DNA of 64,000 bases from Dehalococcoidia bacterium (GTDB lineage Bacteria; Chloroflexota; Dehalococcoidia; Bin125): contig OY820591.1 of assembly GCA_963555985.3 (NCBI GenBank), positions 1,760,001 through 1,824,000 on the forward strand, given 5' to 3'. Of the stretch, positions 29,469 to 39,594 are shown piece by piece. Each line of letters begins with the position of its first letter. Position 1 is the stretch's first letter. Below the pieces are notes generated by a model. That model saw only the letters and a program-made list of their open reading frames with translations. It was not told where the DNA came from and ran no database searches. A program made the translations under genes and the position numbers.

Positions 29469-32400
29469 TTACCACGTGTCGATATACGGACGCTTCTTCC
29501 TCGTTCGCTCCGGTGTCGGCGGCAGACGCTTGATCCCGTTCGCGATCCATTCGCGCGTGTCGGCGGGATCAATCACGTCGTCCAGACCGCCGCCCGCAGC
29601 CGCGTTCACAGCTTTCGCGTTGTCATATGCACGCTCCACTCGCCGCTCAAACTCCGCCGTGCGCTCGTCAACATCGTCAATCGCCGCCAACTCCTTGCGA
29701 TACCCCAGCTTCACCGACCCCTCGATGTTCATCCCCGCAAACTCCGCCGTCGGCCACGCCACTGTGAAGAATCCCACCAGCGCGCTCGCCCCGCACATCG
29801 CCTGCACGCCCAGACCATACGCCTTGCGCACCACCACCCCGAACAGCGGCACGCTCAGATTCGCCCCAGTGTTAAACATCCGCGCGCAGTGCCGAACCAG
29901 CGCGGTCGCCTCCACATCCGGCCCCACCATCATCCCCGGACAGTCCATCAAACTCAGCACCGGAATATCGAACGCATCGCACAGCTGGAGGAAACGCGCC
30001 CCCTTATCCGATCCGTCCGAATCAATCGCCCCCGCCAGGTGGTGCGGGTTATTGGCGATCACCCCGATCGGATGCCCCTCCACCCGGATGAACGCCGTGA
30101 TGATCCCAATCCCGAACTTCTCCCGAATCTCCAGCACCGAACCCTCATCGGCAATCGTGTCGATGATCTCGCGCATGTCATACAGCCGCAGCCGATTCTC
30201 CGGCACGATATGCCGCAAACGGCGCTGATCAGGAGCCGACCACTCCTGGATCGGACCCTGGAAATAGCTCAGGTACTTCTTGGCGACCTCGGTTGCCTCC
30301 TCCTCGTCCTTGCAGAGAATGTCCACCACCCCGTTCGGCACCTGGAACGACATCGGTCCCACTTCTTCCGGCGTGTATATCCCCAGACCGCCGCCCTCGA
30401 TCATCGCCGGCCCGCCCATCGCCACCGTCGAACCCTCAGTCGCAATGATCACGTCGCAACACGCCAGCAGCGCCGTATTCCCCGCAAAACAGCGACCGTT
30501 GGTCACCCCGACCAGCGGAACCAGCCCGCTCAGCTTCGAGAACTGCGTGAACGTATACGTGTCGAACGCAACCCCGGGACCCGTGCGGTCGTCCCCGGGC
30601 CGGCCACCGCCGCCCTCCGTGTAGAACACGATCGGGAAGCGGAACCGGTTCGCCATCTCAAACATGCGATCCTGCTTGTAGTGGTTGCGGCCGCCCTGCG
30701 TGCCCGCCAGCACCGTGTAGTCGTAATGCACGACAATCGCCCGCGCATCCCGCTCCTCGAATAGATCCCCATTGATCGTCGCCGTGCCCGCCAGCAATCC
30801 GTCCGCCGGCGTCGCCTCACGCAGACCCTCGTCCGTGTAACGCTGATGCTGCCGCGCCACAATCAGCGGCCAATACTCCTGGAACGAACCCGGATCCACC
30901 AGTTGCTCAATATTCTCGCGCGGCATCCGATAACCCCGAGCCTGCCGCTTGGCGACCGCGATCGGACGATGCTCATCGAGCGTGTAGGCGTGGCGGTCAA
31001 TCAATTCCTGAAGGTCGGGCCGGATGAAGTCGGGATCCAGCGCAACCTCGCCCCCGACCGCCTCAACCGAAACTTCCGCCTCCAGAATGAAGACCAACGG
31101 GAAGCCCTCCCGAATCACATCGCCAACCGCACAGCCGAGCGCGCGCACCACCCCATCCCGATCCGCATGGATCACGTGCTCCATCTTCATCGCCTCCATC
31201 ACCACCAGGTCTTGCCCCTCCAGCACCTCCTGCCCTTCCTCAACCAGAATCGCCACAATCGTCCCCTGAATCGGCGCAGGCAGGCCAATCGACCCGTCCG
31301 GACCGGAGAGGTCCGGAGCATCATCGTCAACAGCCACGCCCGACTGCGCCGCCTTGACCGCCTCGTCGTGCTTGAACAGAGCCAGCGGGTCGCTGCTATC
31401 GACCCGCGCCCCCGCGAAACCCTGATCCCCGGCCGCAGCCTCCGAGCCGATGTAGCGAGCGCGGTGAGTCCCATGATCCGCAGCGAGCGCCGCCATCTGC
31501 TCGTCAACCCAGCGCGTATGCACCCCGCCCTCCGAGAGGTCCGAGTGGCTCAGCACGTTCAGAAGAAACGGAATGTTCGTCGCTACCCCCTCAATCCGAA
31601 ACTCCGACAGCGCCCGCTGCGTGCGCGTCACCGCATCGCCGAAACGCGGCGTCGGCGAATGCGCGATCACCTTGGCCAGCAGCGAATCAAATGAACTGGA
31701 CGTCTGATATCCCACATACCCAAACCCGTCCGTGCGCACGCCCGGACCCGAAGGCGCTTCATACGCCTTGAGCGTCCCCGATGCGGGGCGAACCGCGCCG
31801 TCCGCAGTCAGCGTCTCCATGTTTACGCGAGCCTGAATTGCATACCCCCGTGGCCGCAGCCAATCCGGATCATCCAACCCCAACTCCCCAATCGCCTCTC
31901 CCTGCGCCACGCGAAGCTGCGACTGCACCAAATCAACCCCGGTCACCTGCTCGGTCACGGTGTGCTCGACCTGGAGCCGCGCGTTCGCCTCCAGGAAATA
32001 GAAAGCGTTCCCTCCCCCAGGCGAGGCGTCAAGCAGAAATTCAAACGTACCCAACGACGAGTACCCAACATCGGCGGCAATCCGCAGCGCCGCCGCCACA
32101 ATCCGATCGCGCACATCGGCATCCAGATGCGGCGCGGGCGCGATCTCAACGATCTTCTGAAATCGGCGCTGCACCGAACACTCGCGCTCCCACAAGTGCG
32201 CGACCGACCCATGCAGATCGCCGATGATCTGAACCTCGATATGCCGCGCGCGCGGAATCAGCTGCTCCACATAGAGCGCGTCGTTGCCAAACGCCATCGC
32301 CGCTTCCGACTGACACCGCACCCAAGCCGACTCAAGCTCATCCGAAGCCGCGACCGCACGCGAACCACGACCGCCGCCGCCCGCCACCGCCTTCAGCATC

Positions 32401-32888
32401 ACCGCCGCGTTCGCCCCCAACGACTCGAAAAACGCACCCGCCTCCTCAAGGCTGACCGCCGCATCGGAACCCTCGATCACAGGCACGCCCGCTTCACGAG
32501 CCGCCTGCCGCGCCCGCACCTTGTCCCCGAACAGATCAAGCAAATGTGGAGTCGGGCCCACAAACGCAAGCCCCGCATCCCGGCAGCGGCGAGCAAACTC
32601 CGCCGACTCCGCCAGGAACCCGTAGCCCGGATGCACCGCGTCGCACTCACTCCCGTTTGCCGCCTCAATCAGCGCATCAATGTTGAGATACGCCGGCACT
32701 CCCAGCCCATCCAGCGCGACCGCCTCGTCAGCCGCGCGGACATGCAGCGAGTGGGCGTCGTCCTGCGAATAGACGGCGACAGTCTCAATGCCGAGGTCGG
32801 AAGCGGCGCGCGCGATCCGAATCGCGATCTCGCCGCGGTTGGCGATCAACAGGCGGGACACAGTAGAGCCAGGCGGCATGAATCTCAT
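29469..32888 (-). CDS. single-chain biotin-dependent acyl-CoA carboxylase (BC-BCCP-CT fusion)
   Basis: IANRGEIA, HPGYGFLAE and RLQVEH (BC); EAMKM (biotinyl Lys); GTQG, GGGGRPGD and VRKAYG (CT). Start is 32879-32888. Confidence 0.93.
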   Translation of the reverse strand: MRFMPPGSTVSRLLIANRGEIAIRIARAASDLGIETVAVYSQDDAHSLHVRAADEAVALDGLGVPAYLNIDALIEAANGSECDAVHPGYGFLAESAEFARRCRDAGLAFVGPTPHLLDLFGDKVRARQAAREAGVPVIEGSDAAVSLEEAGAFFESLGANAAVMLKAVAGGGGRGSRAVAASDELESAWVRCQSEAAMAFGNDALYVEQLIPRARHIEVQIIGDLHGSVAHLWERECSVQRRFQKIVEIAPAPHLDADVRDRIVAAALRIAADVGYSSLGTFEFLLDASPGGGNAFYFLEANARLQVEHTVTEQVTGVDLVQSQLRVAQGEAIGELGLDDPDWLRPRGYAIQARVNMETLTADGAVRPASGTLKAYEAPSGPGVRTDGFGYVGYQTSSSFDSLLAKVIAHSPTPRFGDAVTRTQRALSEFRIEGVATNIPFLLNVLSHSDLSEGGVHTRWVDEQMAALAADHGTHRARYIGSEAAAGDQGFAGARVDSSDPLALFKHDEAVKAAQSGVAVDDDAPDLSGPDGSIGLPAPIQGTIVAILVEEGQEVLEGQDLVVMEAMKMEHVIHADRDGVVRALGCAVGDVIREGFPLVFILEAEVSVEAVGGEVALDPDFIRPDLQELIDRHAYTLDEHRPIAVAKRQARGYRMPRENIEQLVDPGSFQEYWPLIVARQHQRYTDEGLREATPADGLLAGTATINGDLFEERDARAIVVHYDYTVLAGTQGGRNHYKQDRMFEMANRFRFPIVFYTEGGGGRPGDDRTGPGVAFDTYTFTQFSKLSGLVPLVGVTNGRCFAGNTALLACCDVIIATEGSTVAMGGPAMIEGGGLGIYTPEEVGPMSFQVPNGVVDILCKDEEEATEVAKKYLSYFQGPIQEWSAPDQRRLRHIVPENRLRLYDMREIIDTIADEGSVLEIREKFGIGIITAFIRVEGHPIGVIANNPHHLAGAIDSDGSDKGARFLQLCDAFDIPVLSLMDCPGMMVGPDVEATALVRHCARMFNTGANLSVPLFGVVVRKAYGLGVQAMCGASALVGFFTVAWPTAEFAGMNIEGSVKLGYRKELAAIDDVDERTAEFERRVERAYDNAKAVNAAAGGGLDDVIDPADTREWIANGIKRLPPTPERTRKKRPYIDTW

Positions 32889-32973
32889 CTCCGGACAAGG
32901 GCGTAACAGACAGCGCAGCCGAAGCTGCCGGCGCAAGCGCCTGCGCCGTCAAGATACCAGCGACTCGACTCGT

Positions 32974-35427
32974 TCAGTCTGCGGCGGCGGCAACCGCCAG
33001 ATCGTCAAAAGTGCCCGTGATCCGCCGCTCCACCAACGATCGATACTCCGTCTCGGTCATGCCCAGCTCTTCCGAGAGCACTTGGCATGAGTGCTCGCCC
33101 ACCACCGGCGAAGGCCGCAGCGTCGCATCCACCGATCCGCTGAAACGCCAGGGCGCGCCCGGCAGCCAACTCGCTCCCGCCTCGGGATGATCCACCTGCT
33201 GCACAAACCCCGTCGCCAAGAGGTACGGATCAGGCTCTGCATACAAGTCGTAGAGCGGATTCACCCGCGCAGCCATAATCCCGATCCCGATCAGCCGCGC
33301 CTCGACTAACTTCGCATCCTGTTCGCTCGTCCACTGCGAGACAAGCTCGTCCAACTCACGCTCATGCTCCTTGCGCGCGCTCGCAGTGGCGAATCGCGGA
33401 TCGACGATCAAGCTCTCCTCACCGATCTCGCGCGCCAGCGCCCGCCACTGGCGATCCGACTCGACCGCGATCGCCACCCATTCATCCTCTCCCTCGCAGG
33501 GATAAACGTTGTGCGGAGCGCGCCAGTAATCGTGATTGCCGCGCGGCTTCGGTACCCGCCCGCTGGCGTCGTATTCCAGCATCGCGTCGCCGACCACCAC
33601 CCCCATCGCCTCCAGCATGGCGACATCGATGTACTGCGGGCCAGACACGCGCTCGCGCCGTTCCAGCGCCGCCAGAATGCCCCCGGTCAGGGCATAGCCG
33701 GAGACCGGATCCGGATACAGGCCGCCCGTGTTCATCCCGGGATCGCCCTCATATCCGTGCAGCGAGGACAGCCCCGACATCGGCTCGGTCGTCGCCCCGT
33801 TCGCCGGGTATGAGGCGTACGGACCAGTCACCCCATAGCCGGAGATCGTCGCCAGGATGATGTCCGGCCTCGCTTCGGCAAGCGTCTCCAACGTGATCCC
33901 CCAGCCGCTCAACACGCCCGGCCGGAAATTCTCACACACGACGTCGAACTCGGGCACGAGCCGCCAAAACAGTTCTTTGCCCTCTTCCCGCCGCAGATCA
34001 AGCGTGATCCCCCGCTTGTTCAGGTTCACCGCGTTGAACAGACCCTGCGTGTTGACTGCGTGCTGCACCTTCGAGTCGTCCCGAATCGCCTTCGGTACCC
34101 AGGGCCGCACATTGCGCCAGATATCAACCCGTTGAAGCGCCTCGATCTGCACCACGTCCGCCCCCAGAAACGCCAGTAACTCGGTCGCAAACGTCCCGCT
34201 CCAGGCTTGCGTAAACGTCAACACCCGCACCCCCTCGAGCGGGCCTTTGGTGGTGGGTGCCCCGGACTGAGAGTCGCGGTCATCCTGCGCACGCGACGGC
34301 GCAGCGCCGTTCACGGTTCCCTGATCCGGCGCGGGCGAACGCAGAGACCAACTCAGCGGAGACATCGGATGCGGATCGCCCGCCGCCCGAACCGGCGATC
34401 CCGCCAGTTCGGTGCTGACCACAAAGCCGCGCGACACCAACTGTTCGTTCTCGACCAATTCGTCGATCTGCTGAAACACGCCGGAGATGCAACGAAGCTC
34501 CGCAAGCTGGTGAAACAACGGCCACTTCTGCATCTGCGGCAGTTCGCGCGCGACCCCCGCTTGAACCGGCGCGAGATCGCGCGTATAGCGCCCGTCCCGC
34601 TGCTGCATATCTTCGCGCGCCCCCTGGTCGGGAAGGTTGAGCAACGCCATCGCCTGAGGCCAGTTGTGCCAGTCCCCGAATCCAAAGTTCATCCGCCCGT
34701 CCGCCGCCTCCCAGAGCGGCCCCGGCTCTCCTCGATTGCGACGCCCGGTTGCCCCGGGCGACCAGCCGCTGCCCTCGTAGATCGCCGGAATGCACCACGG
34801 AAAAACGGTATGCGACAGCGCCTCAAACTCACGCACATCGACCAGTTCCGCCTCCCCGCTCTCAAAACGCCGCCGCAGCGCCGCCGCAGCCGCGATGAAC
34901 CCGGCCCAGCCGCCCACATACCCAACCTGGCGCGCAGGCAGACTCAGCGGCGGCTCGTCGCGGTAGGCGTTGATGTACGCCCAGCCGCAGCGCGCGTTCT
35001 GAATCAGATTGTTCGCCGGCGCATTCGCAAGCGGCCCGCTGAGGCCATGCGGCGTCAGCGAAAGATGCACGGCGTCGGGACGCATCGCCGCCAACGGCCA
35101 ACGCTCAAGCCTGGCGGGAGGGTCCGTCGTCACCACCAGGTCGGCGGCCTCAAGAAATGCCTGAGCATCGCTCCCGTCTCGAACGACCCGCGAGCGCTTG
35201 TTCCAGTTCGCGTAGGCGTGCAAAACCGAACGATCCGGCCCTGCCTCATCATCCAGAAACGGCGCTTCCCGTCGCAGCGGATGACCCTCCGGCGGCTCCA
35301 GCAGAGTCACCTCAGCGCCATGATCCGCAAACAGCCGAGCCGCAAAAGCCCCCGCCAACGTCCGCGAAAGATCAGCAACGACAAGTCCCCCATAAGCAGG
35401 AACAGCAGCGCCAACATCGTCCGGCAT
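32974..35427 (-). CDS. family III CoA-transferase (two fused CaiB/BaiF domains)
   Basis: Two CaiB-like repeats (NWNKRS; GPLEGVRVL, NLNKRGITLDL, ENFRPG); the catalytic-type Asp (YPDP) is present only in the second domain. Confidence 0.9.
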   Translation of the reverse strand: MPDDVGAAVPAYGGLVVADLSRTLAGAFAARLFADHGAEVTLLEPPEGHPLRREAPFLDDEAGPDRSVLHAYANWNKRSRVVRDGSDAQAFLEAADLVVTTDPPARLERWPLAAMRPDAVHLSLTPHGLSGPLANAPANNLIQNARCGWAYINAYRDEPPLSLPARQVGYVGGWAGFIAAAAALRRRFESGEAELVDVREFEALSHTVFPWCIPAIYEGSGWSPGATGRRNRGEPGPLWEAADGRMNFGFGDWHNWPQAMALLNLPDQGAREDMQQRDGRYTRDLAPVQAGVARELPQMQKWPLFHQLAELRCISGVFQQIDELVENEQLVSRGFVVSTELAGSPVRAAGDPHPMSPLSWSLRSPAPDQGTVNGAAPSRAQDDRDSQSGAPTTKGPLEGVRVLTFTQAWSGTFATELLAFLGADVVQIEALQRVDIWRNVRPWVPKAIRDDSKVQHAVNTQGLFNAVNLNKRGITLDLRREEGKELFWRLVPEFDVVCENFRPGVLSGWGITLETLAEARPDIILATISGYGVTGPYASYPANGATTEPMSGLSSLHGYEGDPGMNTGGLYPDPVSGYALTGGILAALERRERVSGPQYIDVAMLEAMGVVVGDAMLEYDASGRVPKPRGNHDYWRAPHNVYPCEGEDEWVAIAVESDRQWRALAREIGEESLIVDPRFATASARKEHERELDELVSQWTSEQDAKLVEARLIGIGIMAARVNPLYDLYAEPDPYLLATGFVQQVDHPEAGASWLPGAPWRFSGSVDATLRPSPVVGEHSCQVLSEELGMTETEYRSLVERRITGTFDDLAVAAAAD

Positions 35428-35493
35428 CAAAGCTCCTCACCTACTGTCAGAAACACGTTATCCGAAGCCTCCACTTCCCCCTCAAAATCCAAA

Positions 35494-35631
35494 ATCTCCC
35501 CCTTGAGGGGGGAGATGCCCCAACGGGGCAGAGGGAGTGAAACGCCACACCCAGCACAGACACCCCGCACCCCGTCCCCACCGCCCTCACTTCCGTCATA
35601 CCCGCGCTCCGTCGCGGGTATCTCGCCGTGA
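35494..35631. repeat. adjacent REP-like family B (35494-35537) and family A (35593-35631) copies
   Basis: Reverse-orientation copies of the repeats at 1879 and 90. Confidence 0.8.
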
Positions 35632-35740
35632 CCGGCACCCAACCCTCTGCCAACCACAACACACCCATCAGCTTGCAAACCGAACATCCATCCATATAAG
35701 ATCAAGAGTCCTTCATTCCTCAAGAAAGGAACGCCCCACC

Positions 35741-36106
35741 ATGCCCTTCCCCCACACCTACCAGTCCAGCATGACCGGCGTCGGCCAGATCGCCCATTCC
35801 AACGAAGCCGGCCACGTCCGCATCAAAGCGCTCGCCCTCCTCATCCGCGAACTTTCCCCCTCCAACGCCAAGAGCCGCGAGATCCACCACGCGCTCGACC
35901 TCGAACCCCATCCCGAACCCGCGCCCAAACCCCGAGCCAACCACTCCCCCCGCCTGCCCGAAGCCCCGCTCACTCCTGAACAGCAGAAGGACTTCCACCT
36001 CTACCCGCACTCGGTCCACGCCCAAGCCGCAGCCTTGATGCGCGGCGAAGACGTGCCCCTCAGCGAGGACGAGCAAAGCGCCGAGGAAGAGGAAGAGCCG
36101 CAGTAA
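35741..36106 (+). CDS. hypothetical protein
   Basis: GAAAGGA RBS, C-ending codon usage and an acidic tail; no recognisable family. Confidence 0.55.
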   Translation: MPFPHTYQSSMTGVGQIAHSNEAGHVRIKALALLIRELSPSNAKSREIHHALDLEPHPEPAPKPRANHSPRLPEAPLTPEQQKDFHLYPHSVHAQAAALMRGEDVPLSEDEQSAEEEEEPQ

Positions 36107-36258
36107 TCCCCCGACCGCAAGCGGCGACCCCATCTCGTTTTTTTCTCACAGCCCCCGTCAGGCCGCAAACCGCGACCACCCAGTCCCTACCGTGCCCAGG
36201 CCAAGCGGCGCCTATCTTGCTCCCAGGCAAATCCAGCCGCCTGCTTGGGAGAACCGCC

Positions 36259-37773
36259 ATGTACGACGACATCATCATCGGCGCAGGCTCGGCCGGAGCC
36301 GTGATCGCAGCCCGACTCTCCGAAGACCCCCAGCGGCAAGTGCTGCTGCTGGAAGCCGGACCGGATTATGCGCGGATCGAAGACTTGCCTCGGGACCTGG
36401 TCAAGCCTTGGATCTCGTGGGTAGACCACGACTGGGGCTTTCGCGCGAACGCCCGGCATGGACGCGCAGTGCGGATGCATCGCGGCAAGGTCGTGGGCGG
36501 AACCTCCGCAATCAACGGCGCAGTCGCCCTCCGCGGCGTCCCGGCTGACTTCGATGCCTGGGTCGCGCTCGGCTGCGATCAGTGGTCCTACGAGGATGTG
36601 CTGCCCTGGTACCGCAAGCTGGAAACCGATCCGGAGGGCGGCGACTTCCACGGTGCCAACGGGCCGGTCCCGATCATGCGCTCCCCGCAGGAGCAGTGGC
36701 AACCGCTACAGCGAGCCTTCTACGACGCCTGCCGCGAACGAGGCTTCGACGACGTGTGGGATCACAACCTCCCCGAGGCGACCGGCGTTGGGCCCTGGCC
36801 GAGGAATCGTCGTGACGGCCTGCGAGTCTCAACCAACATCGCCTACCTAATGGGCATCCGCGATCGGGAGAATCTGACAATCCGTCATGGCGCCCTCGTC
36901 GATCGTGTGCAGCTCAGAGCTGGCCGAGTCAGCGGCGTCGTACTCGCAGACGGAGAAGTAATCGAAGCGAGCCGCGTCTGCGTCAGCGCCGGTGCCGCAA
37001 TCACCCCCGCGATCCTGCTCCGCTCGGGGATCGGACCGGCCGAGAAGCTCACTCCGCACGGGATTGAGCAGCAACACCCACTACCCGGCGTCGGTGAGAA
37101 CCTGACCGACCACTTCGGGCTCGGCGTGGCGGCCTTTGCCAAACCGGAGATCGCTCACGACCCCGAGGTCGTTTTCGAGGTCGGCCTGCGCTACACCGTT
37201 GACGGCAGCGACCTGTTCAACGACATGCAGATTGCGCTTTCGACCGTCTGGGACGCGGATCACATGCGCGGATTCGAAGGCGCACGCGGAGCGACCCCGA
37301 ATATCGGCCTCGCGGCAATGCTGGAGCGTCCCTACTCGCGCGGCGCCCTCACGCTGCGTTCCGCGGATCCCACGGAGCAGCCGAACATCGACATGAACTA
37401 CGCGAGCCACCCCGAAGACCTGCGCCGGCTGATGGAAGCGACCCGGCTCTGCTGGGAGCTCATGCACAGCGATCAGATCGCCCCGTATGTCGATCAGGTA
37501 ATCGCACCGCAAGCTGAGGTGTTCGAGTCCGACGCTGCTCTGGCCGACTACATCTTCGGCGTCGTCACCACGATGTGGCACATCAGTGGCACGGCGCGGA
37601 TGGGACGGCGCACCGATCCAATGGCCGTGACCGATCAGCGCGGACATGTCCACGGCCTGGAGGGACTCCGCGTCGCCGACACGAGCATTCAGCCCGACAT
37701 CGTGAGCTGCAATACCAACCTCACCGCGATCATGATCGGCGAGCGGATTGCCGACTCAATCCGCGCGGAATAG
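36259..37773 (+). CDS. GMC family FAD oxidoreductase (choline dehydrogenase-like), copy 1
   Basis: GAGSAG, LLEAG, RGKVVGGTSAING, GVGENL, active-site His (WHISGTARMG) and NTN. Confidence 0.92.
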   Translation: MYDDIIIGAGSAGAVIAARLSEDPQRQVLLLEAGPDYARIEDLPRDLVKPWISWVDHDWGFRANARHGRAVRMHRGKVVGGTSAINGAVALRGVPADFDAWVALGCDQWSYEDVLPWYRKLETDPEGGDFHGANGPVPIMRSPQEQWQPLQRAFYDACRERGFDDVWDHNLPEATGVGPWPRNRRDGLRVSTNIAYLMGIRDRENLTIRHGALVDRVQLRAGRVSGVVLADGEVIEASRVCVSAGAAITPAILLRSGIGPAEKLTPHGIEQQHPLPGVGENLTDHFGLGVAAFAKPEIAHDPEVVFEVGLRYTVDGSDLFNDMQIALSTVWDADHMRGFEGARGATPNIGLAAMLERPYSRGALTLRSADPTEQPNIDMNYASHPEDLRRLMEATRLCWELMHSDQIAPYVDQVIAPQAEVFESDAALADYIFGVVTTMWHISGTARMGRRTDPMAVTDQRGHVHGLEGLRVADTSIQPDIVSCNTNLTAIMIGERIADSIRAE

Positions 37774-37894
37774 TTGCAGCAGCCCACCATCCTCGCTCCG
37801 AAACCGAAGGCCAGCGCCTTCTCTCGGAGGGCCGCACAATTGAGAAGGGGCGTATCTTGCCTCTGCGCCACTGAATAGCGGGGATGGAGAGATC

Positions 37895-39412
37895 GTGATC
37901 TACGACGACATCATCATTGGAGCCGGGTCCGCCGGAGCAGTCATCGCAGCGCGCTTGTCGGAAGACGAAGCCCGCAATGTGCTCCTGCTCGAAGCTGGCC
38001 CCGACTACACCCGCATCGAGGACATGCCCCGCGATCTGCTCAAACCCTGGGTCTCCTGGCGCGATCACGACTGGGGCTTCCGCGCCGACGCCCGCCACGG
38101 ACGCGAGTTCCCCCTCCATCGCGGCAAAGTCATGGGCGGATCATCAGCCGTCAACGGCACCATCGCCCTGCGCGGAGTACCGGGCGATTTCCAGTCCTGG
38201 GTCGAGCTCGGCTGCGACCAGTGGTCATTCGAAGACGTGCTGCCCTGGTACCGCAAGCTCGAATCCGACCCCGAAGGCGGCGACTTCCACGGCGCAAACG
38301 GGCCGATCCCGATCGAGCGCGTCGGCAAGATGGAGTGGCAACCGCTCCAACGCGCCTTCTACGAGGCCTGCCGCAACAACGGCTTCGACGACGTCTGGGA
38401 TCACAACCTCCCCGACGCCACCGGCGTCGGACCCTGGCCGCGCAACCGGAGCGAGGGCAACCGCATCTCCACCAACATCGCCTACCTGCTCAACATCCGC
38501 GACCGCGAGAACCTCACGATCCGGCACGGGGTACTGGTCGACCGCGTGCGCCTGGAGCACGGCCGCGCAACCGGCGTCGTCCTCACCGACGGCGAGCAGA
38601 TCGACGCGCGCCGCGTCTGCGTCAGCGCCGGCGCAGCCGTCAGCCCCGCAATCTTGCTCCGCTCCGGCATCGGCCCGGCCGAGAAACTCACGCCGCACGG
38701 AATCACCCAACTGCACGCCCTCCCGGGCGTCGGCGAGAACCTCGTCGACCACTTCGGTACCGGCGTCCAAGCCTTCCCCAAGCCCGATGTCGTCCACGAT
38801 CCCGACGTCGTCACCGAGGTCGGCGTCCGCTACACCGCCCCGGGCAGCGACCAGTTCAACGACATGCAGATCGCCATCTCCACAATCTGGGACTCCGATC
38901 AGGTGCGCGGACTCACCGACGCGCCCCGCCAACATCCAAGTTTCGGCATCGGAGCTGTAGTCCAGCGCCCCCACTCGCGCGGCTCAGTCACGCTGCGCTC
39001 AACGGATCCGTCGGAACAGCCCAATCTCGACATGCGCTACGCCAGCCACCCCGAAGATCTGCGCCGCCTCATGGACGGCGCCCGCCTCTGCTGGGAGATC
39101 ATGCACAGCGACGCCATTATGCCTTATGTCGAGCGAGTGATCGCTCCGCGACCCGGCGTGATCGACTCCGACACGGCCCTGGCCGACTACATCCTCCGCA
39201 CCACCTCCACCACTTGGCACATCAGCGGCACCGCCCGCATGGGCCAAGCTACCGACCCCATGGCCGTCACCGACCAACAGGGCCGCCTCCACGGCCTCGA
39301 AAACCTCCGCGTCGCCGACGCCAGCATCCAGCCCGACATCGTCAGCTGCAACACCAACCTCACCGCCATCATGATCGGCGAACGCATCGCCGACGCCATG
39401 CAAGCAGAATGA
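37895..39412 (+). CDS. GMC family FAD oxidoreductase, copy 2 (tandem paralog)
   Basis: Same motifs as copy 1, with long identical stretches shared between the two. Confidence 0.92.
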   Translation: MIYDDIIIGAGSAGAVIAARLSEDEARNVLLLEAGPDYTRIEDMPRDLLKPWVSWRDHDWGFRADARHGREFPLHRGKVMGGSSAVNGTIALRGVPGDFQSWVELGCDQWSFEDVLPWYRKLESDPEGGDFHGANGPIPIERVGKMEWQPLQRAFYEACRNNGFDDVWDHNLPDATGVGPWPRNRSEGNRISTNIAYLLNIRDRENLTIRHGVLVDRVRLEHGRATGVVLTDGEQIDARRVCVSAGAAVSPAILLRSGIGPAEKLTPHGITQLHALPGVGENLVDHFGTGVQAFPKPDVVHDPDVVTEVGVRYTAPGSDQFNDMQIAISTIWDSDQVRGLTDAPRQHPSFGIGAVVQRPHSRGSVTLRSTDPSEQPNLDMRYASHPEDLRRLMDGARLCWEIMHSDAIMPYVERVIAPRPGVIDSDTALADYILRTTSTTWHISGTARMGQATDPMAVTDQQGRLHGLENLRVADASIQPDIVSCNTNLTAIMIGERIADAMQAE

Positions 39413-39464
39413 TCCCACCGAACAACCCACTCCCCTACCGAACACCTGCACGCGAATCAAAGAT

Positions 39465-39498
39465 CGTCATACCCGCGCTTGCCGCGGGTATCTCGCCG
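39465..39498. repeat. REP-like palindrome, family A
   Basis: CGTCATACCCGCGCTTGCCGCGGGTATCTCG is the reverse complement of the unit at 28831; lies between convergent genes. Confidence 0.85.
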
Positions 39499-39594
39499 AG
39501 TTCTGCACCAAACCCCCAATCCCACCCCCTTCCCTTTCCGGGGAGAGCAGCGACTGATGGGCCCGCAAAGCTCTCCTGCACCGCAAGGCTGCTC

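Noticed and set aside
29370-29470. Integrative element or prophage at tRNA-Asp
   Set aside because: No integrase, phage genes or duplicated tRNA 3' end was seen in the window, although gene content shifts from core to accessory here.
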